DNA of 64,000 nt, taken from the NCBI GenBank assembly GCA_023511655.1, contig JAIMBB010000002.1:928-64927 (forward strand). Direction: 5' to 3'. The position numbers and the translations under genes were made by a program. Source of the stretch: Anaerolineae bacterium (GTDB taxonomy: Bacteria; Chloroflexota; Anaerolineae; J036; Brachytrichaceae). The notes beneath the pieces were generated by a model. The model saw nothing but the letters and a program-made list of their open reading frames with translations, had not been told where the DNA came from and did not search any database. Positions 1-10,024 of the stretch are shown here, piece after piece (the first letter of the stretch is position 1; each line of letters opens with the position of its first letter).

Positions 1-27
1 CCGACGATACGACATCGGGTTAGCCGC

Positions 28-402
28 ATGGCAGATGGAATAAGCGAATTCGACCTGGGATATATCATGGGGATCGTTGTGAGCGAGGGATCGTTTACGG
101 GCGACTGGCGCAACCCCTGTCTGCAGATCAAGCTGCATCAGCGCGATGTGGCTGTGCTCGAATTCCTCCAACGCACGCTCGGCGGCAAAATCTACGGACC
201 CTATCATCACGGCGACCGGCACTACTCGATGTGGCTGCTTCGCGGCCATGAGTTGGATCGCGCCGTGAGCCTGTTCGTCCATCATCTCCCCGCCAGCCAT
301 CGCCGCACGCAGTTCCTGGCCTGGATCGCGAAATACGCACCCTGGAACGAACAGTATGCCGCATATCTCAAGTCAGACGTCGCTTCGGAATCCATCTCAT
401 GA
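28..402 (+). CDS. LAGLIDADG-type homing-endonuclease-like protein (single-motif, free-standing)
   Basis: 124-aa ORF. N-terminal LGYIMGIVVSEGSF fits the LAGLIDADG dodecapeptide pattern (acidic residue before the final Gly). The frame stays open to the window edge, so the true start may lie upstream. The stop overlaps the next start (ATGA at 399-402). Confidence 0.55.
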   Translation: MADGISEFDLGYIMGIVVSEGSFTGDWRNPCLQIKLHQRDVAVLEFLQRTLGGKIYGPYHHGDRHYSMWLLRGHELDRAVSLFVHHLPASHRRTQFLAWIAKYAPWNEQYAAYLKSDVASESIS

Positions 403-1499
403 CCGATCAAACCCTCCTTAAGCTGCGTGAACTTTTGCTCAACGAGTTCTCCGAGTCGGAACTGATCTCGCTGTGCCAGGATATCGGTCTCGATTACCAG
501 GCGCTGCCCGGCACCGGCACCTTCGGCAAGACGCGTGAAATCATCGAAGTCGCCCGGGCCCAGGACAAGCTGCGCGTGCTCCAGAGCCGTCTGCGCGAGC
601 TGAAGCCGGCGGCCTACGCTGCGGCCGGCATCAGCAGCCTCGATCCTGCCGACCAATTGCCTGCAGCCGCCGAGGGCGCGCCGGCTCCCCAACGCCGCGC
701 AGGCCCGTGGCCGGCGATCCCGCGCACTGTCGCGCTGCTTCTCTCGTTGCTCGTGCTGGTCGCCTGCGCCGCCCTTTTGTTGCCGCGGTTGATCAGCGGC
801 CCAGCCGCTCAAGCTACGCCCGCCTCCTCCGCTGCGAGCGCCCTACCCGCTGCGGATCAGTCAACGTCCATGCCGATCGCGGAGGCGGCCACCGCTCCTC
901 CTGCAACCCCACCGGCCGACGAAGCCACCAGCGCTGCCGGCCAGGGCGACGCGGCTGCGCCCATCATGACCACTGCCGCACAACCGACGGAAGCCCTCAC
1001 CGACCAGGCCGTATCCACCGAAGCACCCGCGCCGGCTCAGGCAGAAGTTCTTACACCCGAGCCCGCGCCGATCGGCACGCTGAGTCCGGCCGAGGCACAC
1101 CCGGCCGCGCAGAACGTCCGCGGGCTAAACGAGCTGCTCCTGTCGTTCTACACCGGTAAGATAACGGCAAAGGATCTGGAAGATTACTGGACAGGCGATG
1201 CGCTGCGATTGGTGACCAGCTTCGGCGACGTCCGTCTGCCTCGCGCGATGCGCATTTCGCCCACTCAGCGCGAGGCGCTGGACATCAGCTACGAATACCT
1301 GCGTCCGCCCACCCTCGTCTCGGAGACTGCAGACGGCGCCATCGTCACCAGTCGCGAATTCTGGCGCTACGCCAACACCCTCAACCGGGCGCAAATTTGC
1401 GAGGTGCGCGATTACGAGTACAGGCTGGTGCGAGAGGGGGATCGCTATCGCGTGCGCAGCTTCCAGAGCCGGCTGTTGGAGACTCGCTGCCGCTCTTGA
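399..1499 (+). CDS. Membrane-anchored protein with an N-terminal EAD-like (effector-associated/death-like) helical module, Ala/Pro-rich linker and unknown C-terminal domain
   Basis: 366-aa ORF. The N-terminus LLKLRELLLNEFSESELISLCQDIGLDYQALPGTGTFGKTREIIEVA resembles adaptor modules of conflict-system proteins. One TM helix (VALLLSLLVLVACAALLLP), a low-complexity A/P/T linker, and a C-terminal globular part of about 130 aa. Confidence 0.5.
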   Translation: MTDQTLLKLRELLLNEFSESELISLCQDIGLDYQALPGTGTFGKTREIIEVARAQDKLRVLQSRLRELKPAAYAAAGISSLDPADQLPAAAEGAPAPQRRAGPWPAIPRTVALLLSLLVLVACAALLLPRLISGPAAQATPASSAASALPAADQSTSMPIAEAATAPPATPPADEATSAAGQGDAAAPIMTTAAQPTEALTDQAVSTEAPAPAQAEVLTPEPAPIGTLSPAEAHPAAQNVRGLNELLLSFYTGKITAKDLEDYWTGDALRLVTSFGDVRLPRAMRISPTQREALDISYEYLRPPTLVSETADGAIVTSREFWRYANTLNRAQICEVRDYEYRLVREGDRYRVRSFQSRLLETRCRS

Positions 1500-1513
1500 G
1501 CGCGCTCTCGCGC

Positions 1514-1558
1514 AGCCACCGCGCGGACACCTCCCGCGCGGACACCTCCCGCGCGGAC
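1514..1558. repeat. Tandem 15-nt repeat (ACCTCCCGCGCGGAC, about 3 copies) in a convergent intergenic gap
   Basis: Read directly: gccaccgcgcggac / acctcccgcgcggac / acctcccgcgcggac, between the stop of 399-1499 and the stop of guaB. Confidence 0.85.
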
Positions 1559-1579
1559 GCTCCGGCATGAGCGCGTAGC

Positions 1580-3076
<1,497 letters not shown>

Positions 3077-3097
3077 TCATGCGTCACAGACTTTCAC

Positions 3098-3481
3098 TTA
3101 TACCTGCGCAATACACTCGATCTCCACCAGGGCATTCCTGGGCAACCTGGCCACCTCGACTGTGGAACGCGCGGGAGGATCGTTCGGGAAGTAAGTGGCA
3201 TATACCGCGTTCATCGCGGCGAAGTCGTTCATACTCTGCAGGAAGACCGTGGTCTTCACTACGCGGTCGAGTCCGGAGCCGGCAGCCTCCAGCACCGCCT
3301 TCAGGTTCATCAGTGAGCGGTGGGTTTGTTCCTGGATGCCGCCGGCCACCAGCTCGCCGGTGGCCGGGTCTATCGGCACCTGGCCGGAGCAGAAGACGAG
3401 GCCACCAGAGATGATGGCTTGCGAATACGGACCGATAGCTTTAGGAGCGGAATCGGAGTGAATGACGGTTCGGTTGGACAT
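3098..3481 (-). CDS. ridA: RidA/YjgF family reactive-intermediate deaminase
   Basis: 127 aa. PKAIGPYSQA and the C-terminal ARSTVEVARLP...VEIE pattern are typical of the YjgF/RidA family. Confidence 0.9.
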   Translation of the reverse strand: MSNRTVIHSDSAPKAIGPYSQAIISGGLVFCSGQVPIDPATGELVAGGIQEQTHRSLMNLKAVLEAAGSGLDRVVKTTVFLQSMNDFAAMNAVYATYFPNDPPARSTVEVARLPRNALVEIECIAQV

Positions 3482-3715
3482 CGAATCTTCCTTGGTCGTG
3501 TGTGTTTTTGCGTACTGCGTGTGTATGTGGTGTACTACATGTGTGCTCTACTCTGGGTGCTCGTCAGCGCGGCGTCACGATGATCGCCGACGCAATCATG
3601 CTGATGATCAATGCGGCGATGATGAGCAGGCCAAAGATGGAAGCGGTTTTGCGATTACGATCACGCGCCCGAGCGCGTTCGCGTTCATCGTTCGTCACGC
3701 GTATGATTCTAACCG

Positions 3716-4864
3716 ATGCACATGGTGATTGACTGCGGCCGGTTGGTGCTGGACGAACGCATCGAGCGCGAAAAGCGAGTGCTGATCGAGGACGGCGAGA
3801 TCTACGCGATCGCAACGCACATAGACGCGCCGGCGGATGCCACCGTGATTGACGCGCGCGAATACCTCGTTTTGCCCGGCTTCATTGACATCCACGTGCA
3901 TGGCGCGATGGGTGCGGACGCGATGGACGCCACGCCCGAGGCGCTGCACACCATGGCGCGCTTCTTCGCCGCACACGGCGTGACCGGCTTCGTGCCTACC
4001 ACGATGACTGCGCCGCGCGATCAAGTCGCAGCCGCCGTCGAAAACGTCAGACGGGCCTTGACCGACGCACTTGTTGCCCAGGGACCGGTCGCGGCGCACA
4101 TCCTCGGCGTGCACATCGAGGGCCCCTATATCAACCCCCGGCAACGCGGCGCGCAGCAGGCCGAGTTCATGCGCCCGGCCGATCCCGGCGAATACTGTCC
4201 ATGGTTCGAGAGCGGGGCCGTCAAACTCATCACCGTCGCACCAGAAGTGGATGGCGTGATGCGCCTGATCGAAGATGCACGGCAACTCGGCATCGCCGTC
4301 GCCCTCGGCCACACCGACGCAACCTATGCCCAGGCCCAGGCTGCCTTTGCCGCCGGCGCCAACCAGGCCACGCACACCTTCAACGCCATGCGTGGTCTGC
4401 ACCATCGCGAACCGGGGACGCTCGGCGCGGTGCTGGCGAACGACGCCGTATACGCGCAACTGATCTGCGACAACGTGCACGTGCATCCCGCTGCGATGGC
4501 CGTGCTCTACAAATGCAAGGGGGCGGATCGCCTGGCCGTGATCACCGACGCAATGGAAGCGACGGGGCTGGGCGACGGGGACTTCACCCTAGGCGCCCAG
4601 CGCGTAGCTGTGTGCCAGGGCGTGGCCCGGCTGACCGATGGCGCCCTGGCCGGCTCCACGTTGACGATGGATGCCGCCTTCCGCAACATCATCGCGGCCA
4701 CCGGCTGCACCTTGGCCGAGGCGTCGCGGATGTGCTCGCATACGCCGGCATGCGCAATAGGCGTGGGCGACCGCAAGGGCAAGATCGCGCCGGGCTACGA
4801 TGCGGATCTCGTCATCCTCGATCAGGATCTGCGCGTCGTGAGGACGATCGTCGGCGGGCAGTGA
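3716..4864 (+). CDS. nagA: N-acetylglucosamine-6-phosphate deacetylase
   Basis: 382 aa. Amidohydrolase HxH motif (PGFIDIHVHG), HTFNAM motif, and the C-terminal DADLVILD pattern of NagA. Confidence 0.9.
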   Translation: MHMVIDCGRLVLDERIEREKRVLIEDGEIYAIATHIDAPADATVIDAREYLVLPGFIDIHVHGAMGADAMDATPEALHTMARFFAAHGVTGFVPTTMTAPRDQVAAAVENVRRALTDALVAQGPVAAHILGVHIEGPYINPRQRGAQQAEFMRPADPGEYCPWFESGAVKLITVAPEVDGVMRLIEDARQLGIAVALGHTDATYAQAQAAFAAGANQATHTFNAMRGLHHREPGTLGAVLANDAVYAQLICDNVHVHPAAMAVLYKCKGADRLAVITDAMEATGLGDGDFTLGAQRVAVCQGVARLTDGALAGSTLTMDAAFRNIIAATGCTLAEASRMCSHTPACAIGVGDRKGKIAPGYDADLVILDQDLRVVRTIVGGQ

Positions 4865-4894
4865 CGACGGGACGATCTCAGCGATAATCGGGTC

Positions 4895-5470
4895 ATGGAC
4901 ACGCCGGATGTGGTTCGCACGCCAACTCCTGCCGAAGAGCGCCTGATTACGGGCGAAGAACTCGCCCGCATAAGCGGCGTCGAGAGCGCAGAGTTAGTAG
5001 AGGGCAGATTGGTGAAGAAGATGCCGACGGGAGATGAACACGGCGCGGTTGAGATCGCCATTGCTGCAGCATTACACAACCACGTTCGCATTGCCAAGAC
5101 TGGCAAAGTGCGTAGCGGCGAAGTCGGCATCTACACGCGCCGCAATCCCGACACCACCCGAGCAGCAGACGTGCTCTACATCTCCAACGAACGCTACAGC
5201 CAGAGATCATCGAGCGCCTTTCTCGACGTTTCCCCTGAGATCATCGTGGAGATCTTGTCGCCCGGCGATAGCATGCCCGAAGTGCTGCAGAAGCTGCGTG
5301 AATATTTTGCCATTGGCGTAGTTCTGGTGTGGCTGATTGATCCAACGTCGAAGACGGTGCTGGTCTATCGCTCGCTGACCAATGTGCGCGAGCTCACGGT
5401 CAATGACGAACTTACCGGCGAAGACGTGCTGCCCGGCTTTGTGGTAAAAGTGGCGGAACTGTTCGAGTAG
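4895..5470 (+). CDS. Uma2-family (DUF820) putative restriction-like endonuclease
   Basis: 191 aa. ELVEGRLV..MPTG.EHG core and SPEIIVEILSPGD (PD-(D/E)xK-like) are characteristic of Uma2 proteins. Confidence 0.85.
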   Translation: MDTPDVVRTPTPAEERLITGEELARISGVESAELVEGRLVKKMPTGDEHGAVEIAIAAALHNHVRIAKTGKVRSGEVGIYTRRNPDTTRAADVLYISNERYSQRSSSAFLDVSPEIIVEILSPGDSMPEVLQKLREYFAIGVVLVWLIDPTSKTVLVYRSLTNVRELTVNDELTGEDVLPGFVVKVAELFE

Positions 5471-5594
5471 CTTCACGCATCGAGCCGACGGCAGAAATCA
5501 TCGAACCCCGCGTTGCTCCAACCGACAGGCAGAGGACTCGATCGGACAGATCCCTCGGCTGAAGCCTCAACCTCCCGATCACGTTTGCCTGTCG

Positions 5595-6083
5595 TCAAGG
5601 CTTTTGATCGCGTAACTTATCAGCCTCACTTCGCGCAATCTCCACGCTGCGGCTAAGGAAGTCATGGATGACGGCCAGCTCAGCATCACTGTATGAAGCT
5701 GCCAGCTCTGCCATGGCAGCCTGAATGCCGTCGAAGAGCGGCGCGACGCGCTGAGCGTGAGCCGGCGTCAGCCGCAGGAGCACCGAGCGCCGGTCGGCGG
5801 TCGAGCGTTCGCGCTTGACAAACCCCGCTCGTTCCAGCCGGTCAATCACATCCGTCACTGCCCCGCTGCTCAAACCGGTCAATTCGGCCAGCTTGCTTGG
5901 CGTCATCGGCTCCTCCTTGTGCCGGTCGAGCACATCCAGACAGCGCAGATCGGTCGTGTTGATGCCGAGGTGGTCGGCCACAGCCTGATTGAACAGGACG
6001 TTGCGGGTGGCGATGGCCCGACCCATATCTTGACCGACCAAACGCAGCAGTTCCTCACGCGGTGGGATCGTCTTCTTGCGCAA
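5595..6083 (-). CDS. MarR-family transcriptional regulator
   Basis: 162 aa. Winged-helix core LTPSKLAELTGLSSGAVTDVIDRLERAGFVKRERSTADRRSVLL. Confidence 0.85.
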   Translation of the reverse strand: MRKKTIPPREELLRLVGQDMGRAIATRNVLFNQAVADHLGINTTDLRCLDVLDRHKEEPMTPSKLAELTGLSSGAVTDVIDRLERAGFVKRERSTADRRSVLLRLTPAHAQRVAPLFDGIQAAMAELAASYSDAELAVIHDFLSRSVEIARSEADKLRDQKP

Positions 6084-6160
6084 CTTTCGTTTACCTCGAT
6101 CGTAAAGTATTTTGATTGTCCAAATATTTGATCATCAAAACAAACCAAGAGGTAATTCGA

Positions 6161-6628
6161 ATGAACAACAAAGCAATTCTAGTTGTGATCGCTGTGCCAG
6201 TTGCCTTGTGTGCCCTGTGCGGATACCTGCTCGTCGGCCTCATCGTGTCGGACATCATTCGTTACGGAGCCTCAGCTCAAAACGTGAGGCGCAACGAACC
6301 GATTTCTCAGCAGCAGGCCGGGGCGCAGCCGCAACACGCATCGCAATCCTCGGCGACAGGTTCGGATGAATTGGTCCGTCGGCATCATTGCCGGGCCTGC
6401 CACGGCCAAGATCTGCGCGGGCAACAACTGGGCGCAATGTACGCACGCGGCCTGACCGCCTCCGGCGTGGCCGGGCAATGGAGCGAGGCGGAGTTCATCG
6501 CTGCCATGCGCACCGGCCAGCGCCCCGACGGCAGCCAAATGTCCGACGCGATGCCCTGGCGGGCGATCGGCAAGGCCAGCGACTCAGACCTCGAACAGCT
6601 CTGGGCTTATTTGAAATCGTTGCCCTGA
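6161..6628 (+). CDS. Membrane-anchored monoheme c-type cytochrome
   Basis: CxxCH haem-binding motif (CRACH). N-terminal TM helix (AILVVIAVPVALCALCGYLLVGLIV). AAGAGG Shine-Dalgarno (SD) about 8 nt upstream of ATG 6161. The track ORF starts at 6116. Confidence 0.7.
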   Translation: MNNKAILVVIAVPVALCALCGYLLVGLIVSDIIRYGASAQNVRRNEPISQQQAGAQPQHASQSSATGSDELVRRHHCRACHGQDLRGQQLGAMYARGLTASGVAGQWSEAEFIAAMRTGQRPDGSQMSDAMPWRAIGKASDSDLEQLWAYLKSLP

Positions 6629-6649
6629 GAAGTCGGACATTGCCGGGCG

Positions 6650-6685
6650 CCCTTGCAAGCACGCCGGAGAGGGCGCTTGCAAGGG
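6650..6685. terminator. 11-bp perfect hairpin in a convergent gap (candidate bidirectional terminator)
   Basis: CCCTTGCAAGC (6650-6660) pairs with GCTTGCAAGGG (6675-6685) across a 14-nt loop. There is no clear U-tract. Confidence 0.45.
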
Positions 6686-6692
6686 CCACGCG

Positions 6693-7788
6693 TTATCCCT
6701 CCTCGTTGACGACCACCATCATGCCCTTGCCGGTCGGGTTCTGCATGATGACGATGCGAACAGTGCGGCTGCCTTTGGTGAATTCCAACTGGGTCATGGA
6801 GCTGATGATCTGCACCTTGCCCGCCTTCCATCCCTTGGCCGGCATCTCCTTCTTGAAGAACTCGACCAGCGCTTCTGGTTTATCCTCGCTCTGGAACATC
6901 GTCATGCCTTCGCGGGTGAAGGTGCCGGTCGCGCTCTTGGGCAAGGGGATGTCGTCGGCAACCGATTCGGCCGATTGGCATGCTGCCGGCAGCTCGATCG
7001 CTTTCACCTTATTGGTGTCGAGGACGACGTATTCCGCCGTTAGCTTACCCTCGGCTAACTGATCGGGCTGACTGCCGGTGACTCCTTCCCCGAGCGAGCT
7101 GGCGTCACCTGTGACCTGCAAGGTGAACTTGACGACGTAGCTACCATCGCGCGATCCAGATGTTGCCGCTGGCGGACTTAACGCCACGGGTGAAGATGGC
7201 CGTGGCATCCAGAGCATACTGATCGGCCAGGATACCGTTCACGCGATCGCCCTCCTTGACCAACTTCACGCCGCGCATCTCTCGACCGCCGGTCAGATCC
7301 ATCGCCTCAAAGAAGCCGGCGGGCATAGGAACCGGCGTACAGCGCGATGCTTTATCGGTGTTCAAGGAACTGCTCACGTAGAACGTGCCGGCGATATCGT
7401 AAGCCTCGATCATCCAGCTCGACGGGTCGTTCGCCGACCGGGGTGTCTGCGAGATCGTCATCACCCGAGCGGCCAGCTTGTCGGCGAGGATCACCGACTC
7501 GCTGAAAGCGTATGAGGCTGTGTATGGCTTGCCGTTGGCCAACTTGCCATCAAACGACCAGGCCCAGCGCGCACGGTAGCTCTTCAGCTTATCCAGGCCC
7601 GCGCGCAGGCTCTTCAGCGTGATCGTGCGAGACACAGCCGTTGATGCGCCGATCCCGGGGGCTGCGGCATCCTTGGCCATGACAGGCGCCGGCGACGCAG
7701 ACAGCATGAAGAGCGCTGCACAAGCAGCGCCGGCGAACCCGGCGAGCGAAGCGATCATTTTCAAACGGGTTGTGCGTATCTTGCTCAT
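6693..7788 (-). pseudogene. Secreted hypothetical protein split by a single frameshift (or assembly indel)
   Basis: ATG 7788 with an AGGAGG SD and a signal peptide (MSKIRTTRLKMIASLAGFAGAACAALFMLSASPAPVMA). The frame ends ...SGNIWIARW* at 7141. The adjacent frame continues ...RDGSYVVKFTLQ... to 6693 and has no credible start of its own. Confidence 0.55.
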
Positions 7789-8003
7789 AACTTGCTTTGA
7801 TCCTCCTGTGCCGTTGGCAACGGACGCACGCGGTTCGACGATCGGCGGCCATGTCGCAGCGCTCTTAACAAATGCGGTCCCAGCAGATGCCGTCCTCTCA
7901 CGAGCGGCGCACAGATCAGTTGCTCGCCTCGATTGTCGCTGGAGATCGCCCGGGGCGCATTCTCGAAACGCGCGGACGGCGTAGAGGATGTGCACGCCAT
8001 CCC

Positions 8004-9857
8004 TCAGTTCACCGAGGTGACAACTGGCGCGATCGCCGGCTGGGCGGGCATCGGCGCGATGTCGGCGCCGGTGGCCTTGTGCGCCGTCACCAGCTTGTAA
8101 TACAGCCCGCGCAGCGCCATCAGCTCGTCGTGCGAGCCCTGTTCGGCGATCTGGCCGTCGCGCATCACCAGGATCACGTCGGCATCGCGCACGGTGCTCA
8201 GGCGGTGGGCGATCACGAACGCCGTGCGGCCTTTGAGCAGCACCCTGAGGGCCTGCTGGATCAGCCGCTCGGTGTGCGTGTCCACGCTGGACGTGGCCTC
8301 GTCCAGGATCAGGATGCGCGGGTCGGCCAGCAGCGCGCGGGCAAACGACACGAGCTGGCGCTGGCCAAGCGACAGTCGCCCGCCGCGCTCCTCGACCTGG
8401 TAGTCATAGCCGTCCTTCATCTTGCTGATGAAGGCATCGAGGCCGACGGCCCTGGCTGCCGCTTCGATTTCCTCCTGCGTCGCCTCCAACTTGCCGTAGC
8501 GGATGTTGTCGCGGATGGTGCCGCTGAAGATGAACGGGTCTTGCAGAACCAGCGACACCTGCCGGCGCAGCGAGGCCAGCGTGACCGCGCGCAGGTCGTG
8601 CCCGTCAATCAACACACGCCCTTCGGTCGGGTCGTAGAAGCGCATGATCAGGTTGATGATGGTGGTCTTGCCGGCGCCGGTTGGCCCGACGATGGCGACC
8701 GTCTGTCCTGGCTCGACGTGAAGGTTGACGCCGCGCAGCGCGCTCTTGCTGGTGGCCTCATACTTGAAGTGCACGTTCTCGAACGTCACAGCCCCGCGAA
8801 TTTGTGGCAGCGGTCTGGCATCCGGCGCATCCTGGACCTCCGGCGCAGTGTCGAGGAACTCGAACACGCGCTCGGCGCTGGCCATAGCGCTGAGCACCTG
8901 CGAGTACACACGGCTGAGCGCGCTGATGGGCGCCCAGAAGCGCCACAGATACTGGATGAAGGCGGTGATCACGCCGATGGTCACCAGCCCGGCGTTCAGC
9001 TGCACCGCGCCGACGTAGACGAGCAACGCCGTGCCCATCACGCCCACCAGGTCGAACAGCGGCCAGATCAGGTTATCCAGCTTGATGGCGCGCACGTTGG
9101 CGTCGCGGTTCCACTGGTTGATGCGGGCGAAGCGGGCAATGTTGTGCTCCTGACGGTTGAAGGCCTGCGTCACGCGCACGCCGTTGATGCTCTCGTTCAG
9201 GTTGGCGTTCATGTTGGATGCGCTCTTGCGCACATTCATCCAGGTAGCCTCCACCTTGTTGCGCAAGCTGCCGAAGATCAACCAGAAGAACGGCAGCGCG
9301 GCGAAGCACGCCAGCGCCAGTTGCCAGTTGATGGCCAGCATGATGACGATGATGCCGACCAGGCTGAGGCCTTCGGCGATGATCATGGTCAGGCCGCCGT
9401 TGAGCAGCTCGTTGATCGCGCCGATGTCGCTGGTGACGCGCGACATGATCTTACCGACCGGTCGGTTGTCGTAGAAGCGCAGGCTGAGCTTCTGGATGTG
9501 CGTGAACAGCTCGCTGCGCATGTCGTGCAGCACGCCCTGGCTGACGACGTTGATGCGATGGATGCGCGCGTAGCCGGCCGCCCACGCGATCAGCCGGAAG
9601 GCCAACAGCAGCCCCACCAGCCCGACGATGAGCGGCACGTCTTTGTTCACGATGCCGCGGTCAATGATGACCGCGATGATCGCCGGCTCGATCAGGTTGG
9701 CGACCGTGCCCAGCAGCACGAACACGCCGACGATGCTCAGTTGCGCCGTGTATGGCCCAAGGTAGCGCAGCATGCGCCTGAAGTAGCCGTAATTGAAAGG
9801 CTTCTCTTGCGCCTCCTGTTCCAGTTCCTCTTCAAATGCTTCGTAGGCTGCTGACAT
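8004..9857 (-). CDS. ABC exporter, fused permease/ATPase half-transporter
   Basis: 617 aa. Six-TM exporter domain, Walker A GPTGAGKT, signature LSLGQRQ, Walker B ILILDEATS. GGAGAAGC SD before ATG 9857. Confidence 0.9.
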   Translation of the reverse strand: MSAAYEAFEEELEQEAQEKPFNYGYFRRMLRYLGPYTAQLSIVGVFVLLGTVANLIEPAIIAVIIDRGIVNKDVPLIVGLVGLLLAFRLIAWAAGYARIHRINVVSQGVLHDMRSELFTHIQKLSLRFYDNRPVGKIMSRVTSDIGAINELLNGGLTMIIAEGLSLVGIIVIMLAINWQLALACFAALPFFWLIFGSLRNKVEATWMNVRKSASNMNANLNESINGVRVTQAFNRQEHNIARFARINQWNRDANVRAIKLDNLIWPLFDLVGVMGTALLVYVGAVQLNAGLVTIGVITAFIQYLWRFWAPISALSRVYSQVLSAMASAERVFEFLDTAPEVQDAPDARPLPQIRGAVTFENVHFKYEATSKSALRGVNLHVEPGQTVAIVGPTGAGKTTIINLIMRFYDPTEGRVLIDGHDLRAVTLASLRRQVSLVLQDPFIFSGTIRDNIRYGKLEATQEEIEAAARAVGLDAFISKMKDGYDYQVEERGGRLSLGQRQLVSFARALLADPRILILDEATSSVDTHTERLIQQALRVLLKGRTAFVIAHRLSTVRDADVILVMRDGQIAEQGSHDELMALRGLYYKLVTAHKATGADIAPMPAQPAIAPVVTSVN

Positions 9858-9870
9858 GCTTCTCCTTTTT

Positions 9871-9925
9871 GGTCGTCAGGTCGTCAGGTCATCAGGTCAT
9901 CAGGTCATCAGGTCGTCAGGTCGTC
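9871..9925. repeat. Tandem octamer array GGTCRTCA (about 7 copies)
   Basis: Read directly. The array starts 14 nt upstream of the ABC exporter start codon. Confidence 0.9.
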
Positions 9926-9934
9926 GCGTCTGAC

Positions 9935-10024
9935 TTGCCCGACCTGACCGACTTGCCCGACCTGACCGACTTGCCCGACCTGACCGACTTGACTGACTTG
10001 CCCGACTTCACCGACCTGCCCGAC
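9935..10024. repeat. Tandem nonamer array YTGMCCGAC (10 copies)
   Basis: Read directly. The 3' copies overlap the stop and the last 5 codons (SRAGR*) of the GNAT gene ending at 10008. Confidence 0.9.

Noticed and set aside
28-402. LAGLIDADG domain as part of an intein or group I intron
   Set aside because: The C-terminus has no HN plus Cys/Ser/Thr splice junction and there are no intein blocks. The downstream gene is a separate overlapping ORF, not the continuation of a host protein. The upstream context is outside the window, so an upstream host exon cannot be fully excluded.
7872-9854. Long antisense ORFs: 7872-9854 (660 aa), 1628-3052 (474 aa), 10553-12139 (528 aa), 41963-43588 (541 aa), 12209-13381 (390 aa), and many of 60-300 aa
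   Set aside because: Each lies opposite a gene with clear family motifs. Their translations are Arg/Ala/Gly/His-rich with no recognisable domains. This is the usual pattern of shadow ORFs in high-GC DNA.
9871-10024. Possible CRISPR array (regularly repeated short units)
   Set aside because: The units are only 8-9 nt and directly abut each other with no spacers. There are no cas genes in the window. These are microsatellite-like tandem repeats.
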